A DNA stretch of 64,000 nt from an uncultured bacterium (GTDB lineage: Bacteria; Actinomycetota; Actinomycetes; JAVEEB01): contig CAXSDE010000010.1 of the NCBI GenBank assembly GCA_964236265.1, forward strand, positions 2,826 through 66,825. Direction: 5' to 3'. The position numbers were made by a program, and so were the translations under genes. Shown here piece by piece: positions 53,719-63,843 of the stretch (positions are counted from its first letter, which is position 1; every line of letters begins with the position of its first letter). The notes under the pieces are model-generated. The model did not search any database and was not told the DNA's origin. It saw nothing but the letters and a program-made list of their open reading frames with translations.

Positions 53719-54717
53719 TCACCCCTTCGTCCGGGCACGGGGGTCGAGGAGGAACACCGCGACATCGCAGAGCAGCACGCAGATGAGCACGGCCAGCGTC
53801 ACCAGCAGGAACAGCGCCTGCAGCAGCGGATAGTCGGTGCTGATCGTCGCGGAGTAGAACATGTGGCCGAGCCCGGGATAGTTGAAGACGTACTCGACGA
53901 GGATCGTTCCGGCGATGACGAATCCCAGCGACATCGCGAACCCGGACAGGTTGGGCAGGAACGCGTTGCGGGCCGCGTAGCCCATCATCACGCGCCGGTT
54001 CGACAGACCCTTGGCGCGGGCCATCCGCACGTAGTCCTCGCCGAGCGTCGTGATCATGTTGTTGCGCATCGTCAGGATCCAGCCGCCGATCGCCGTGATG
54101 AGGATCGTCGCCGCCGGCAGCACCGCATGCTCGAGGACGCTCGCGATGAACGGTCCGTGGAAGCCCGGCGTCAGCCCGATGTCGTAGTTGTTGTCGTTCG
54201 GCAGCAGCGCGTGCGGCCCGTTCGCGAAGAGAACGATCAGCAACAGCGCCACCCAGAAGTAGGGCAGGGCGGACGTGACGACGAACATCGGCGGCAGGAC
54301 GCCGTCGAGGAAGCCGCCGCGCCGCCACCCGGCGATGATCCCGATGGAGGTGCCCAGCAGGAACGCGAGCAGCGTCGTGACTCCGACCAGACCCAGCGTC
54401 CACGGGAGCGCCTGTCCGATCAGCGTCGTGACGGGCGCCCCGAGCGTGCCGCCGATCGAGATGCCCCAGTGCCCGGTCACCATGTTGCCGAGATACTCGA
54501 CGTACTGCTGGGCGATGTTCTTGCCCGGGTCGAAGCCGAACTGCTGCAGCATCGCCCGCAGCTGTTCGACGTCGACCACGTGCCCGCCGTGCGAGAGCCG
54601 CGCCTTCATCGCCGAGACCGGATCGCCCGGCATCATGCGCGGAATGAAGAAGTTGAGGGTGATCGCCGCCCACAACGTGAGGACGAAGAATCCGAGCCGG
54701 CGGAGCAGGAACCTCAT
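53719..54717 (-). CDS. ABC transporter permease (DppB-like)
   Basis: Start [17 protein letters not shown]. Confidence 0.9.
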   Translation of the reverse strand: MRFLLRRLGFFVLTLWAAITLNFFIPRMMPGDPVSAMKARLSHGGHVVDVEQLRAMLQQFGFDPGKNIAQQYVEYLGNMVTGHWGISIGGTLGAPVTTLIGQALPWTLGLVGVTTLLAFLLGTSIGIIAGWRRGGFLDGVLPPMFVVTSALPYFWVALLLIVLFANGPHALLPNDNNYDIGLTPGFHGPFIASVLEHAVLPAATILITAIGGWILTMRNNMITTLGEDYVRMARAKGLSNRRVMMGYAARNAFLPNLSGFAMSLGFVIAGTILVEYVFNYPGLGHMFYSATISTDYPLLQALFLLVTLAVLICVLLCDVAVFLLDPRARTKG

Positions 54718-54755
54718 GGCGGTCACCTCCCAGCGTCGAGTGTTGCGCGGACGGG

Positions 54756-56585
54756 TTACTTCTGCGCGGACTTCGAGAACACGTTGAGCAGGATCTGCTC
54801 GTTGTCCGGGACGTTCCAGGGCGCGGGCTGCGCGTAGGGGTTGTCCTTGGTCGGCCAGCCGTCGAAGTCCGTGGTGTTGTACTGATACCAATCCACGGAT
54901 TCCGTCGTCGGGATGAACGGCACGTCGGCGATCATCGCGGCCTCGATCTGCTTGACGATCGCGATCTGGCCGGCGTCGTCGGCGGAGGCGTATTTATCGA
55001 ACAGCGCGTCGAGCGCCGGGTTCTTGTAGCGCATGTAGTTGGACGGCGCATCCGTGCCGATCGGTGCCGAGTTCTTCGAGTAGAGCAACTGGCGAAGCTC
55101 GTAGTAGGGCGACGGTCCAGCCGACAGCTGCGGCCCGTAGGCCAGGTCGAAGTCGCCCTTGTAGAGGCGGTCGTTGTAGGTCTGACCCTCGAGGTCCTTG
55201 ATAGTCAACGAGATGCCCAGCGGCTTGAGCTGCTGCTTGATGACCGCCAGCGAGGCGTCCCAGTCGGTGTAACCGGACACCGTGATGACGTCGAGCTCGA
55301 GCGGGTTGTCCGGCGTGTAGCCCGCCCCGGCCAGCAGCTCCTTCGCCTTGGCCGGGTTGGGCTTGTCGTAACCGGAGGCGGTCAGCGCGGCGGAGTCGAA
55401 GTATTTGTCGAACGTAGGGACGACGATGCCGGTCTGATTGGCGGCGGGCTGGTAGCCGCTCTCCCCGATCTTCGAGATCTGCGCTCGGTCGAGACCGTAG
55501 GCGATCGCCTGCCGGACGGCCAGCGTGCTCGTGGCCTTGTGCGACGGGTCGACGTTGGGCAGGAGGGCGACGTTCATCATCGGCGGGAACCAGTAATTGT
55601 TGTCCGGCGACTTGCCCTTGTAGAACGTGTCGATGTTGGGGATGTATTGCCCGCCCCATTGCGCCTTGTTGTTGGCGAGGTCGAGGTTGGCCGGATTGTT
55701 GTCGAGATACGCCGGATACTGCACCGTCTGGATCGCGGGCTTGCCCGGCTGCCAGTAGTGCGGGTTGGCCGTGTAGGTGATGTTGTTGGGCGTGCACGGG
55801 TGGACCATGAACGGCCCGGTGCCGACGGGGTTGGGGTCGGCCCAGGTGTCGCCCTTCGACGCGGCTTCGCCGGTCGACCAGATGTGCTTCGGAACGATGG
55901 TGACCGTGCCGGCAAACAGGTAGAAGTAGGCCTGCGCGGGCTGCGCGAACGTCAGCGTCACGGTGCTGCCCGACGCCGTGGCGCTCTGCAGCCCCGCGCC
56001 GGTCCACAGCGAGTAGAGATCCAGGGCGGGGTTCTTCTTCATGAGCTCGAACGTGTAGGCGACATCGTCGGCCGAGAACGGCTGACCGTCGTTCCAGGTC
56101 ACGTTCTGGCGCACGGTGAAGGTGATGGACTTCTTGTCGGAGCTCCACTTGTAGGACTCGGCGAGCATCGGCGTCTCGGCACCCGCCTTCAACGCGTTGA
56201 CGTAGACGAGGGGCTCGTAGACGAACCCGTTCGCCTGGGGGCTGACGGCCGGATTGAACGGGTTGAACTGGCACGTCCAGCTAGCGCCGGACTCGTTCGA
56301 GATCGTCAGCGTGCCGCCCGGCTTGTGCACCGTCGTGTCGGCACCGGTGCCCGTCGGTGACGGCGCCGCGGACTGCGACCCCGATCCCGTCGCGCTGCCC
56401 GGTCCGCTCGGGCTGCTCGTCGCCCCGCCGGCCGTCCCCCCACTGGTCGTCCCCCCGCCGGCCGTCCCCCCGCCGGCCGTCGAGGTCGAGGTCGCCGTCG
56501 TGCTGCTCCCCCCACTCGTGCAGGCGGCGGCCAACAGAGCCACCACGCCAGCGACAGCCGCACCGGATATGCGCCTCATCGTCAT
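54756..56585 (-). CDS. ABC transporter substrate-binding lipoprotein, family 5 (oligosaccharide/peptide)
   Basis: LLAAAC lipobox; Gly/Thr/Ser-rich linker; SBP_bac_5 domain. Confidence 0.9.
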   Translation of the reverse strand: MTMRRISGAAVAGVVALLAAACTSGGSSTTATSTSTAGGGTAGGGTTSGGTAGGATSSPSGPGSATGSGSQSAAPSPTGTGADTTVHKPGGTLTISNESGASWTCQFNPFNPAVSPQANGFVYEPLVYVNALKAGAETPMLAESYKWSSDKKSITFTVRQNVTWNDGQPFSADDVAYTFELMKKNPALDLYSLWTGAGLQSATASGSTVTLTFAQPAQAYFYLFAGTVTIVPKHIWSTGEAASKGDTWADPNPVGTGPFMVHPCTPNNITYTANPHYWQPGKPAIQTVQYPAYLDNNPANLDLANNKAQWGGQYIPNIDTFYKGKSPDNNYWFPPMMNVALLPNVDPSHKATSTLAVRQAIAYGLDRAQISKIGESGYQPAANQTGIVVPTFDKYFDSAALTASGYDKPNPAKAKELLAGAGYTPDNPLELDVITVSGYTDWDASLAVIKQQLKPLGISLTIKDLEGQTYNDRLYKGDFDLAYGPQLSAGPSPYYELRQLLYSKNSAPIGTDAPSNYMRYKNPALDALFDKYASADDAGQIAIVKQIEAAMIADVPFIPTTESVDWYQYNTTDFDGWPTKDNPYAQPAPWNVPDNEQILLNVFSKSAQK

Positions 56586-56709
56586 TGCCCCTCACTGCTG
56601 GTTCGGTGCCCGGCATTCGCCTGGCTGCTGACGGTTGCTCGCTGCTGGTGCTTGCTACTGGTGCTGCTGCCGGCCTTCGCTGCGAAGTTGTTAGGAAGCT
56701 AACCTACCA

Positions 56710-56720
56710 ATTCTGGGAAT
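56710..56720. promoter_or_regulatory. Candidate operator palindrome ATTCTGGGAAT immediately upstream of the ROK regulator and divergent from the ABC/GH4 operon
   Basis: caATTCtggGAATac lies 8 nt before the ATG at 56728. The adjacent TAGGaagctaaCCTA is also inverted. The region is lower-GC. Confidence 0.3.
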
Positions 56721-56727
56721 ACAAGGG

Positions 56728-57993
56728 ATGCAGCAGGCAACGATCGTTACGATGTCGCGGATCGAGGAGGCGCACGTGCCGGCTGGACGCGGGCAAGGCC
56801 CGGCGGCGCGCCCGCAACTGCTCCGCGAGATGAACGAGCAGGTGCTCCTGCACCTCATCCGCGAGCGTGGCCCGCTGTCGCGTGCGGATCTCGCCCGCGT
56901 GTCGGGACTGTCCAAGCCGACCGTCTCCCTCGGCCTTGCCAACATCGAGCGCGCAGGTCTCGTGCGCGCCGCGGGTGTCCGCACCGGGGTGCCGGGACCG
57001 GCAGCCATCCTGTACGAAGTGCGGCCCGACTGCGGCTATGTCCTCGGCCTCGACGTCGGCCGGCACTACATGCGGGCCGCGGTCGCTGACATGGCCGGCG
57101 CCGTCCGCAGCAGGGGTGCCGTGCGGGTCACCGCCACCGACGGGCCGACCCGCGTTGCCGAGCTGACGACGCTCGCCGACAAGGTGCTCGGCGAGGCACT
57201 GCTGACCCACGCCGACATCACGCAGACCGTCATCGGCAGCCCTGGTGTCTACGACCCACAGCGCGACGCCCTGGCGTTGTCGAGCAACCTCCCCGGCTGG
57301 GGTGTTCCCGCGGTCCTCGACCAGCTGCGGTCGGCCTTCGGTGCCTCGGTGATGGTGGAGAACGACGTCAACGTCGCGGCCCTGGCCGAGCGGGCACACG
57401 GGCACGGGCGCGACATCGACAGTTTCGCGTTCGTCTCGATCGGCACCGGCATCGGCATGGGCCTCGTGCTCGACGGAAAGCTGCACCGGGGGGTGCACGG
57501 CATCGCCGGTGAGATCGGTTACCTGCCGTTCTCCGAGGGCAGCGGCGGCGACACCGATACCGACGCCGCGCGCGAGCGCGGGACGTTCGAGGCCATTTCC
57601 AGCGCCGACGCCGTCGTGCGGGCGGCGCAGCGGGCCGGGGTCGGCGACGCGACGACGGCCGTGCGGGTCTTCGACGCGGCCGCCGCTGGGGACGCCGCGG
57701 CCTCGTCCGTGGTTGCGGAACAGGCGCGCATCGTGGCGAAGGCGGTCTGTGCCGTCGTCACCGTCGTCGACCCGGAGCTGATCGTGCTCGGCGGTGGCAT
57801 CGGCCAGGCGCCCGGCTTCGTGGAGGCGGTCGCGAGCGAGTTGCACGCGCTCGCACCCGTCATGCCCGACGTGAAGATGAGCGCCCTCGGCGCCGACGCC
57901 GTGATCGACGGTTGCCTGGCCGCCGGGATCGATCGCGCGTGGTCGCTTCTCAGCGCCGCGGTGCCGAGCCCCGCGGCGGGCACCGCCGACTGA
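56728..57993 (+). CDS. ROK-family transcriptional regulator (NagC/Mlc-like)
   Basis: N-terminal wHTH (LSRADLARVSGLSKPTVS) plus a ROK sugar-kinase-like domain (GLDVGRHYMRAAVAD...GIGMGLVLDGKLHRG). Confidence 0.9.
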   Translation: MQQATIVTMSRIEEAHVPAGRGQGPAARPQLLREMNEQVLLHLIRERGPLSRADLARVSGLSKPTVSLGLANIERAGLVRAAGVRTGVPGPAAILYEVRPDCGYVLGLDVGRHYMRAAVADMAGAVRSRGAVRVTATDGPTRVAELTTLADKVLGEALLTHADITQTVIGSPGVYDPQRDALALSSNLPGWGVPAVLDQLRSAFGASVMVENDVNVAALAERAHGHGRDIDSFAFVSIGTGIGMGLVLDGKLHRGVHGIAGEIGYLPFSEGSGGDTDTDAARERGTFEAISSADAVVRAAQRAGVGDATTAVRVFDAAAAGDAAASSVVAEQARIVAKAVCAVVTVVDPELIVLGGGIGQAPGFVEAVASELHALAPVMPDVKMSALGADAVIDGCLAAGIDRAWSLLSAAVPSPAAGTAD

Positions 57994-57996
57994 CGG

Positions 57997-59097
57997 TCAG
58001 CCCAGCCGTTGGGCGGCGGCCGCGATGCGCTCATCCGTGGCGGTCAGCGCCACCCGCACGTGGCGCGCACCGGCGGGCCCGTAGAACTCCCCGGGCGCGA
58101 CGAGAATGCCACGATCGGCCAACCAGGACAGGGAATCCCAGCACTCTTCGTCGCGGGTGACCCACAGGTAGAGGCCGGCATCCGAGTGCTCGACCCGGAA
58201 ACCCGCGGCGGTCAGCGCGGGCAGCAGCGCCTCGCGCCGCGCGCCGTACCGCGCCCGTTGCTCCTGCACGTGACGTTCGTCGCCGAGGGCCGCCACCATC
58301 GCCGCCTGCACGGGCGCGGGCACGATGAGACCGGCGTGTTTGCGTACGCCGAGCAGCCCTTGCACGAGCCGCGGATCGCCGGCGACGAACCCCGCGCGAT
58401 AGCCGGCGAGGTTGGAGCGCTTCGACAAGCTGTGCACCGCGAGCAGGCCGTCGAGGGAGCCGTCGCTGACCGACGGGTGCAGCACCGAGACGGGCTCGGC
58501 GCCCCATCCGAAGTCGAGATAGCACTCGTCGCTGACGAGCACCACGTCGTGCGCGCGTGCCCACGCGACGTAGGCCCGCAGCTCGTCGATGGTCAGCACG
58601 CGGCCGTGCGGGTTGGCGGGTGAGTTGACCCACAGGAGCGCGACGTTCGCCGCGTCGAGGGTCGAGATGTCGTCGTACGCCAGCGGCGTCGCGCCGGCCA
58701 GACGTGCCCCGATGTCGTACGTCGGATAGGCCAGCGCGGGGTGCGCCACGATCGACTCGGCGGGCGCGCCGAGCAGCAGCGGCAGCAAAGCGACGAGCTC
58801 CTTGGTGCCGATGACCGGGAGCACACCCTCGGCCGGCACCACCGCCCCGCACCGGCGCGCAAGCCATTCGACGATGGCGGTGCGCAACGACACCGTGCCG
58901 GCGGTGAGCGGATAGCCCGGCGCGTCACTTGCGGCGACGAGGGCATCGCGAGCAACCGCCGGTGAAGGGTCCACCGGGGTGCCGACCGACAGGTCGACGA
59001 TGCCGCCCTCGTGCGCGCGCGCGATCGCGGCGAACGGCACGAGCCGGTCCCAAGGAAACTCGGGCAGCAGGTCACCGGGCGGGCGCAGGATGCTCAC
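57997..59097 (-). CDS. dapC: Succinyldiaminopimelate aminotransferase-like class I aminotransferase (DapC-like)
   Basis: GTG start VSILRPPGDLLPEFPWDRL. Lysine motif LSKRSNLAGYRAGFVAG. Adjacent to fdxA, as with Mtb Rv1178/Rv1177. The upstream in-frame extension in the track ORF was rejected. Confidence 0.8.
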   Translation of the reverse strand: MSILRPPGDLLPEFPWDRLVPFAAIARAHEGGIVDLSVGTPVDPSPAVARDALVAASDAPGYPLTAGTVSLRTAIVEWLARRCGAVVPAEGVLPVIGTKELVALLPLLLGAPAESIVAHPALAYPTYDIGARLAGATPLAYDDISTLDAANVALLWVNSPANPHGRVLTIDELRAYVAWARAHDVVLVSDECYLDFGWGAEPVSVLHPSVSDGSLDGLLAVHSLSKRSNLAGYRAGFVAGDPRLVQGLLGVRKHAGLIVPAPVQAAMVAALGDERHVQEQRARYGARREALLPALTAAGFRVEHSDAGLYLWVTRDEECWDSLSWLADRGILVAPGEFYGPAGARHVRVALTATDERIAAAAQRLG

Positions 59098-59150
59098 CCG
59101 GACATCTTCGCAGGGCACACTCTCGACCTCGGTGGACGGCCGCTCGGCCG

Positions 59151-59735
59151 TCAGCGCGGGGTGAGCACGGCGTAGGTCAGCAGCAGGTCGTACGACGAGC
59201 GGACCGCGTGTGTCGTCACATCCCAGACCTCGGTGAGCCACGGCGCCTCCGGCGTGGCATCCTGCGACACCACGACAACGGAGCAGCTGCGGCGATGTCT
59301 GCCCGTGCAGAAAGACCCGCGAGACATCGCCGCCAAACGAAGCGACAAGCGCCGTCCGGTCACTCGCCACGAGGCCGCCACCGACGAGCGGCGGACCGAC
59401 CGTGATGACCGTCGTGGCACTCGTGACAGCTCCGCGCGGGCGACTCGCTGCTGCACGCGCACCAGCCGGCCAGATCCGGCGGGTCGGACACTCACGGTGA
59501 CGCCGGCCAGGACGCCCGACGGAACGGTGGCGCCGGCGGCGGTCAGACGCACGGTCGTCGCATGCACCGCCGCGGCCATTACCGTTGCGGCCGGAAGGGA
59601 ACGCGCCGTCGGGAGCACCGTCGCTGCCGTCGCCCCGATCGGCATCGCGACCGTGCTCGCGACAGACACAGTGAGCAGCACACTAAACGCGCGCCGAGAC
59701 CGGCGCGGTGCCGCCGCCGTGGTCAGTTCAGCCAA
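59151..59735 (-). CDS. Hypothetical protein with twin-arginine-like signal (weak call)
   Basis: MAELTTAAAPRRSRRAFSVLLTVSVASTVAMPIGATAA. The C-terminal half is Arg-rich and of doubtful coding quality. Confidence 0.3.
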   Translation of the reverse strand: MAELTTAAAPRRSRRAFSVLLTVSVASTVAMPIGATAATVLPTARSLPAATVMAAAVHATTVRLTAAGATVPSGVLAGVTVSVRPAGSGRLVRVQQRVARAELSRVPRRSSRSVRRSSVAASWRVTGRRLSLRLAAMSRGSFCTGRHRRSCSVVVVSQDATPEAPWLTEVWDVTTHAVRSSYDLLLTYAVLTPR

Positions 59736-61342
59736 CCGTCGATGTGCTGCGGGCCGGTGTAGATCACGGTGGCGTCTGCTGCCGAGAAGATGCTGGCCGC
59801 GGACGTCACCGAGGTCGCGGTGAAGGTATCGACGGTGAGAGCCACGGCGTCGTCGCCGATCCAGCGGATCGACACGGGGGCGGTCGGCGACCAGTCCGAC
59901 ACCGCACCGAGGTCAACCGGTGCGGTGAAGTCCGCGTTGGCAGCGAACAGGTGTTGACTGCCCGCCGCTCCGACGGTGTAGGCCACCTTCGTGCCGGCAC
60001 TGTTGCTCACAAGGTCCGAGAAGTCCAGCGCCGCGTGCAGCGCAACAGGCCGCGCGGTTGAAGTGAGCGAGGCGACGACGAACTCGCCCTTGGCGATGTC
60101 GAACGCGGCGAGATGCCCCGCCGGCACCGCGACGTCCACGACAATCAGGTTGCCCAGTTGCGCACTCCCGCCGACGGACACGATGGCGCCCGTCCGGTCG
60201 AACAGGACGTTGAACGAGAAGGGATGGACACCCTGGGTGACCGCGGTGACGTCCACCTCGACGAACTGCCCCGTGTGGTCGGCGATCAGCCCGACGGTCG
60301 AGCTGTTGGCGAGCGCCGTCGCACTGACGGCCAGCTTCTTCGTGCGGCCCTTCGCGAGATCCCGGACGTACACCGCCGTGGTCTGGCACGTCTTGCCATC
60401 CCAAGAACCAACGGCCCAGGCGACGAGGGTGCCGGCGTCTGCGAGCTCGACGTCCTCGATGCACGTCGAAGCCGTGGTCCTCGCCAGCTCGACGACCGGC
60501 TTGCCCGGCACGTTGACCTGCAGGCTCTCCGTCGTGTCCGTGAGGTTCTTCACCACGGTTGCGGTGCCATTCGGTGCGACGTGCACGGCGTCCTCGTCGG
60601 CGAACGGCATGTCGATGTCGCGCTGCGTGCCGCCGAGCTCGTGCACGCTGAGGTGGCCGGCGGAGTTGAAGAGCAGCGCGCCGTGGCCGACCAACCCTGC
60701 CGCGACCGACGTCGAGACAGCGCTGGTGACCGCGGGGCCGCGGAGCGCGGAGGCCACGACCCACGCGCGAACCTGCAGCGTGGCCACGGGTGGGGTCACA
60801 GCGTTGAAGGCGAAGGCACCGTGGATGTCGGTCGTCGCGACGCCGACGGTTTTCCACGTTGCGCCGGTGAGCTGCTGCACCTGCACCACTCGCCCGCGTT
60901 CGGCGGGGGTGACCGTGCCGGAGAACGGCGACACGATGCCGGCCGTGGCGTTCGGGAAGTCGAAGCCGGCGACGACGCTCGACGCGCTGCGCTTGCGGAT
61001 GATGACGACGGCGCTCGTCGCGACGACGGTCTTGCCCGACCGCACCTGCACGCGCACCTTGGTCGTCGCCGTGATGTGGATCGCGGCGAGGGAGTAGGCG
61101 CCGGAGCGCGCGCTCTTGCCGGAGACGCCGTCCTTCCACGTCGCGCCCGTCAGCCGCTGCAGCACGACGGTGCGGGCCGCGGCGGGGCGGGCCACCCCAC
61201 TGACGACGACGCTGTTGGCGTCGGTGACGCTGCTCGCCGTCGCGACCGCAGTCACCGTCACCCGGGCCGCGGCCGAGGCCGGCACACCGCCGAGCGAGAC
61301 CAGGCCGAACAGGAACGCCACAACAACCGCGACACGTCGCAC
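59723..61342 (-). CDS. Secreted protein: signal peptide, two Ig-like repeats, then a beta-propeller-like domain; function unknown
   Basis: MRRVAVVVAFLFGLVSLGGVPASAAA. Duplicated ~100-aa modules (RTVVLQRLTGATWKDGVS / RVVQVQQLTGATWKTVGV). Confidence 0.6.
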   Translation of the reverse strand: MRRVAVVVAFLFGLVSLGGVPASAAARVTVTAVATASSVTDANSVVVSGVARPAAARTVVLQRLTGATWKDGVSGKSARSGAYSLAAIHITATTKVRVQVRSGKTVVATSAVVIIRKRSASSVVAGFDFPNATAGIVSPFSGTVTPAERGRVVQVQQLTGATWKTVGVATTDIHGAFAFNAVTPPVATLQVRAWVVASALRGPAVTSAVSTSVAAGLVGHGALLFNSAGHLSVHELGGTQRDIDMPFADEDAVHVAPNGTATVVKNLTDTTESLQVNVPGKPVVELARTTASTCIEDVELADAGTLVAWAVGSWDGKTCQTTAVYVRDLAKGRTKKLAVSATALANSSTVGLIADHTGQFVEVDVTAVTQGVHPFSFNVLFDRTGAIVSVGGSAQLGNLIVVDVAVPAGHLAAFDIAKGEFVVASLTSTARPVALHAALDFSDLVSNSAGTKVAYTVGAAGSQHLFAANADFTAPVDLGAVSDWSPTAPVSIRWIGDDAVALTVDTFTATSVTSAASIFSAADATVIYTGPQHIDGWLN

Positions 61343-61517
61343 GAAAACCTCCGAGTCAGATCGGAGCTCCCCCAGTCGGTGCGCCGCCGGGGAAGGCTAG
61401 CGTCAATCGCCGCGCGCGTCGACGGGACGAAACGGGCATCACAGCGCGCCATGATCGAACTACAGCAACGGCCGCCGATTCAGCAGAATCAGCGGCCGTC
61501 GTCGTACAAGAAAATGC

Positions 61518-61862
61518 TTATGCTTCGTGCTCCTGTGGCGGCATCGCGGCGACGAGCGGGTGGTCCTTCGGGATGAGCCCGACCTTCGAGGCACCGCCCG
61601 GCGAGCCGAGGTCGGCGAAGAAGTCGACGTTGGCCTTGTAGAAATCTTTCCACTGCCCGGGGACATCGTCCTCGTAGAAGATCGCCTCGACGGGGCAGAC
61701 CGGCTCACAGGCGCCGCAGTCGACGCACTCGTCGGGGTGGATGTAGAGCATCCGCTCGCCCTCGTAGATGCAGTCGACGGGGCATTCCTCGATGCAAGCC
61801 TTGTCCTTGAGATCGACACAGGGCTCGGCGATGACGTACGTCACGTGTCGGACCTTCCTCAT
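61518..61862 (-). CDS. fdxA: 7Fe ferredoxin ([3Fe-4S][4Fe-4S])
   Basis: [26 protein letters not shown]...[16 protein letters not shown]. Confidence 0.95.
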   Translation of the reverse strand: MRKVRHVTYVIAEPCVDLKDKACIEECPVDCIYEGERMLYIHPDECVDCGACEPVCPVEAIFYEDDVPGQWKDFYKANVDFFADLGSPGGASKVGLIPKDHPLVAAMPPQEHEA

Positions 61863-61937
61863 CTGCGACTGGCTGCGGGGCCGCCCCTAGTATCGCCAGA
61901 ACGGTCGTCGCGTGCAGGAACGGGGGGTGGGATCGCC

Positions 61938-62870
61938 GTGTCGCCCTTCCTCCTGACCTCCTCGCTGACCGCCGCCGACGTGGGGCGCCGGGTTGTGGTC
62001 CGGTGGTCCCTTCCCGACGGACAGGCGTCCGATGTGCTCGGCGAGCTCGAGTCCTGGACGGATCACGACCTTCGTGTACGACGCCGGGACGGGTCGCCGC
62101 AGGTCGTCCCGCTCGCCGCCGTCCTGGCCGGGAAGGTGGTCGACGCCCGGTGGGCGCGCGACGTCGCGGCCGGGGAGGTGCAGCGGATCGCCAGCCGGGC
62201 GTGGCCCGCGTTCGAGACCGAGCAGCTCGGCGGGTGGGAGTTGCGGGCGGCCGGCGGCTGGAGCCGGCGCGCCAACTCGGCGCTGCTGGTCGGCTCGCCG
62301 GGACTGCCCCTCGATGCCGCGGCGGTGGCGATCGAGCGCTGGTACGCCGCGCGCTCGATGCCGGCCGTCGCCCAGCTCCCGCTCCCGCTCGCCGCCGCGG
62401 CCGACGAGGTGCTCGCCGCCCGCGGCTGGGCCATGCACGCGCAGACGGACATGCGGGTCGCTGACCTCGTCGGCATCGCCCGGATCGCCGGCCCGCCGGT
62501 GACGCTGGCGGACGCCCCGAGCAACGGCTGGCTCGCGGTCCTGCCCAACGCGTCGCCGCTCGCCGTGCGCGTCATCACCGGCGTGCTGGCCGTGTATGCG
62601 TCGGTCGATGTCGACGGGATGCCGGTCGCGGTCGGGCGGGGCTGCGTCACGACCGGTTGGCTCGGGATCGCGCAGCTCAACGTCGCGCCGTCGTTCCGGC
62701 GCCGGGGCCTGGCGCGCGCGCTCGTGTCGGCGCTCGCCGACTGGGGGGTCGCCCTGGGTGCGCGGCACGCGTACCTGCAGGTCGAGGCGGACAACGCGGC
62801 GGCGATCGGGTTGTACGACGGTCTCGGCTTCGCGCTGCACCACCGCTATCACTACCGGGTGGCGCCGTGA
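61938..62870 (+). CDS. GNAT-family N-acetyltransferase (two-domain)
   Basis: GTG start. C-terminal GNAT motif QLNVAPSFRRRGLARALVSALADW...IGLYDGLGF. Confidence 0.7.
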   Translation: MSPFLLTSSLTAADVGRRVVVRWSLPDGQASDVLGELESWTDHDLRVRRRDGSPQVVPLAAVLAGKVVDARWARDVAAGEVQRIASRAWPAFETEQLGGWELRAAGGWSRRANSALLVGSPGLPLDAAAVAIERWYAARSMPAVAQLPLPLAAAADEVLAARGWAMHAQTDMRVADLVGIARIAGPPVTLADAPSNGWLAVLPNASPLAVRVITGVLAVYASVDVDGMPVAVGRGCVTTGWLGIAQLNVAPSFRRRGLARALVSALADWGVALGARHAYLQVEADNAAAIGLYDGLGFALHHRYHYRVAP

Positions 62871-63700
62871 CCGTCTCGACGCGTGACCGCTTCGCCTCCG
62901 TCGTGCGGTCGACGCCGGTGGATCTGGCGGAGGCGTGCCTGCTGCTCGCCAGTGAGGCCGACCCGGACCTGTCCGTCGGCGAGTGGCTGGACGCGCTCGA
63001 CGCGCTGGCCGCGGGGATGGCGGCCTTCCTCCCACCGGGCGACGCGGGGCCGATCGACCACGCCGACGCGCTGCGGGCCTACCTCGGTGACACATGCGAC
63101 TTCGCCGGCGAGGCGCGCGACTATCGCGACGTGCGGTCGTCCTTGTTGCACGAGGTGCTGCGTCGCCGTCGCGGCCTCCCGATCCTGTTGTCGGTCGTGT
63201 GGCTCGAGGTGGCGCGGCGCAACGGCATCCCGTCGTATGGCATCGGGGCGCCGGGCCACTTCCTCGTCGGGATCGGGCTGCCCGGGTCCTCCGTGGTGGT
63301 CGACCCGTTCAACGGCGGCGTGCGCGTCGACGGCGATGACATCGCCATGCTCGTCGAGGATGCGTCCGGGGTGCCGCTGCATCCAGGACACCTCGATCCG
63401 TCAACCCCCATTGAGATTCTGCAGCGCATCCTGACCAACATTCGGGCGGGCGCATCCCAGGACCCGTTGTCCGTCGAGGGCGCGCGCACGTCGTTGTGGG
63501 CGGTCGAGCTGAGCCTCCTGCTCCCCCATCACCCGCTCGCTTTGCGGCGCGAGCACGGCGAGGCGCTGATGCGTCTCGGCGAGTTCGTGCGGGCCGCCGA
63601 CGAGCTCGAGACGTTCTCCGAGGCCGTTTCGCTCACCGACCCCGTGGCGGCCGAGGCCGCCGAACGCCTGGCGCGCATGTCCCGCTCGCGGCTGAACTAA
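62867..63700 (+). CDS. Transglutaminase-like/TPR-like family protein (SirB1/UPF0162-type)
   Basis: GTG start overlapping the upstream stop (GTGA). GLPILLSVVWLEVARRNGIPSYGIGAPGHFLVG core. Confidence 0.7.
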   Translation: MTVSTRDRFASVVRSTPVDLAEACLLLASEADPDLSVGEWLDALDALAAGMAAFLPPGDAGPIDHADALRAYLGDTCDFAGEARDYRDVRSSLLHEVLRRRRGLPILLSVVWLEVARRNGIPSYGIGAPGHFLVGIGLPGSSVVVDPFNGGVRVDGDDIAMLVEDASGVPLHPGHLDPSTPIEILQRILTNIRAGASQDPLSVEGARTSLWAVELSLLLPHHPLALRREHGEALMRLGEFVRAADELETFSEAVSLTDPVAAEAAERLARMSRSRLN

Positions 63701-63729
63701 TCTCGTCGCTCATCTATCGCTCTTTATTA

Positions 63730-63753
63730 GGCACTGTGATGCATGTGAGTGCC
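63730..63753. promoter_or_regulatory. Imperfect 24-bp palindrome GGCACTGTGATGCATGTGAGTGCC in an AT-rich (~40% GC) intergenic region upstream of the HTH gene
   Basis: Arms GGCACT/AGTGCC around a central ATGCAT. A TTGCAT -35-like hexamer follows. Confidence 0.35.
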
Positions 63754-63843
63754 GAATAATCTTGCATTTCAATGCTTGTTAATTCGAACTTCTCCTGTAG
63801 TGTGGTGCCTGCTCGCAAATGGCGACCGTGAAGGAGGCCAGCC

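Noticed and set aside
59098-59370. In-frame N-terminal extension of the dapC-like ORF (MASDRTALVASFGGDVSRV...)
   Set aside because: DapC homologs start at the LP(E/D)FPWD motif, and the extension overlaps the upstream ORF. GTG at 59097 was chosen as the start.
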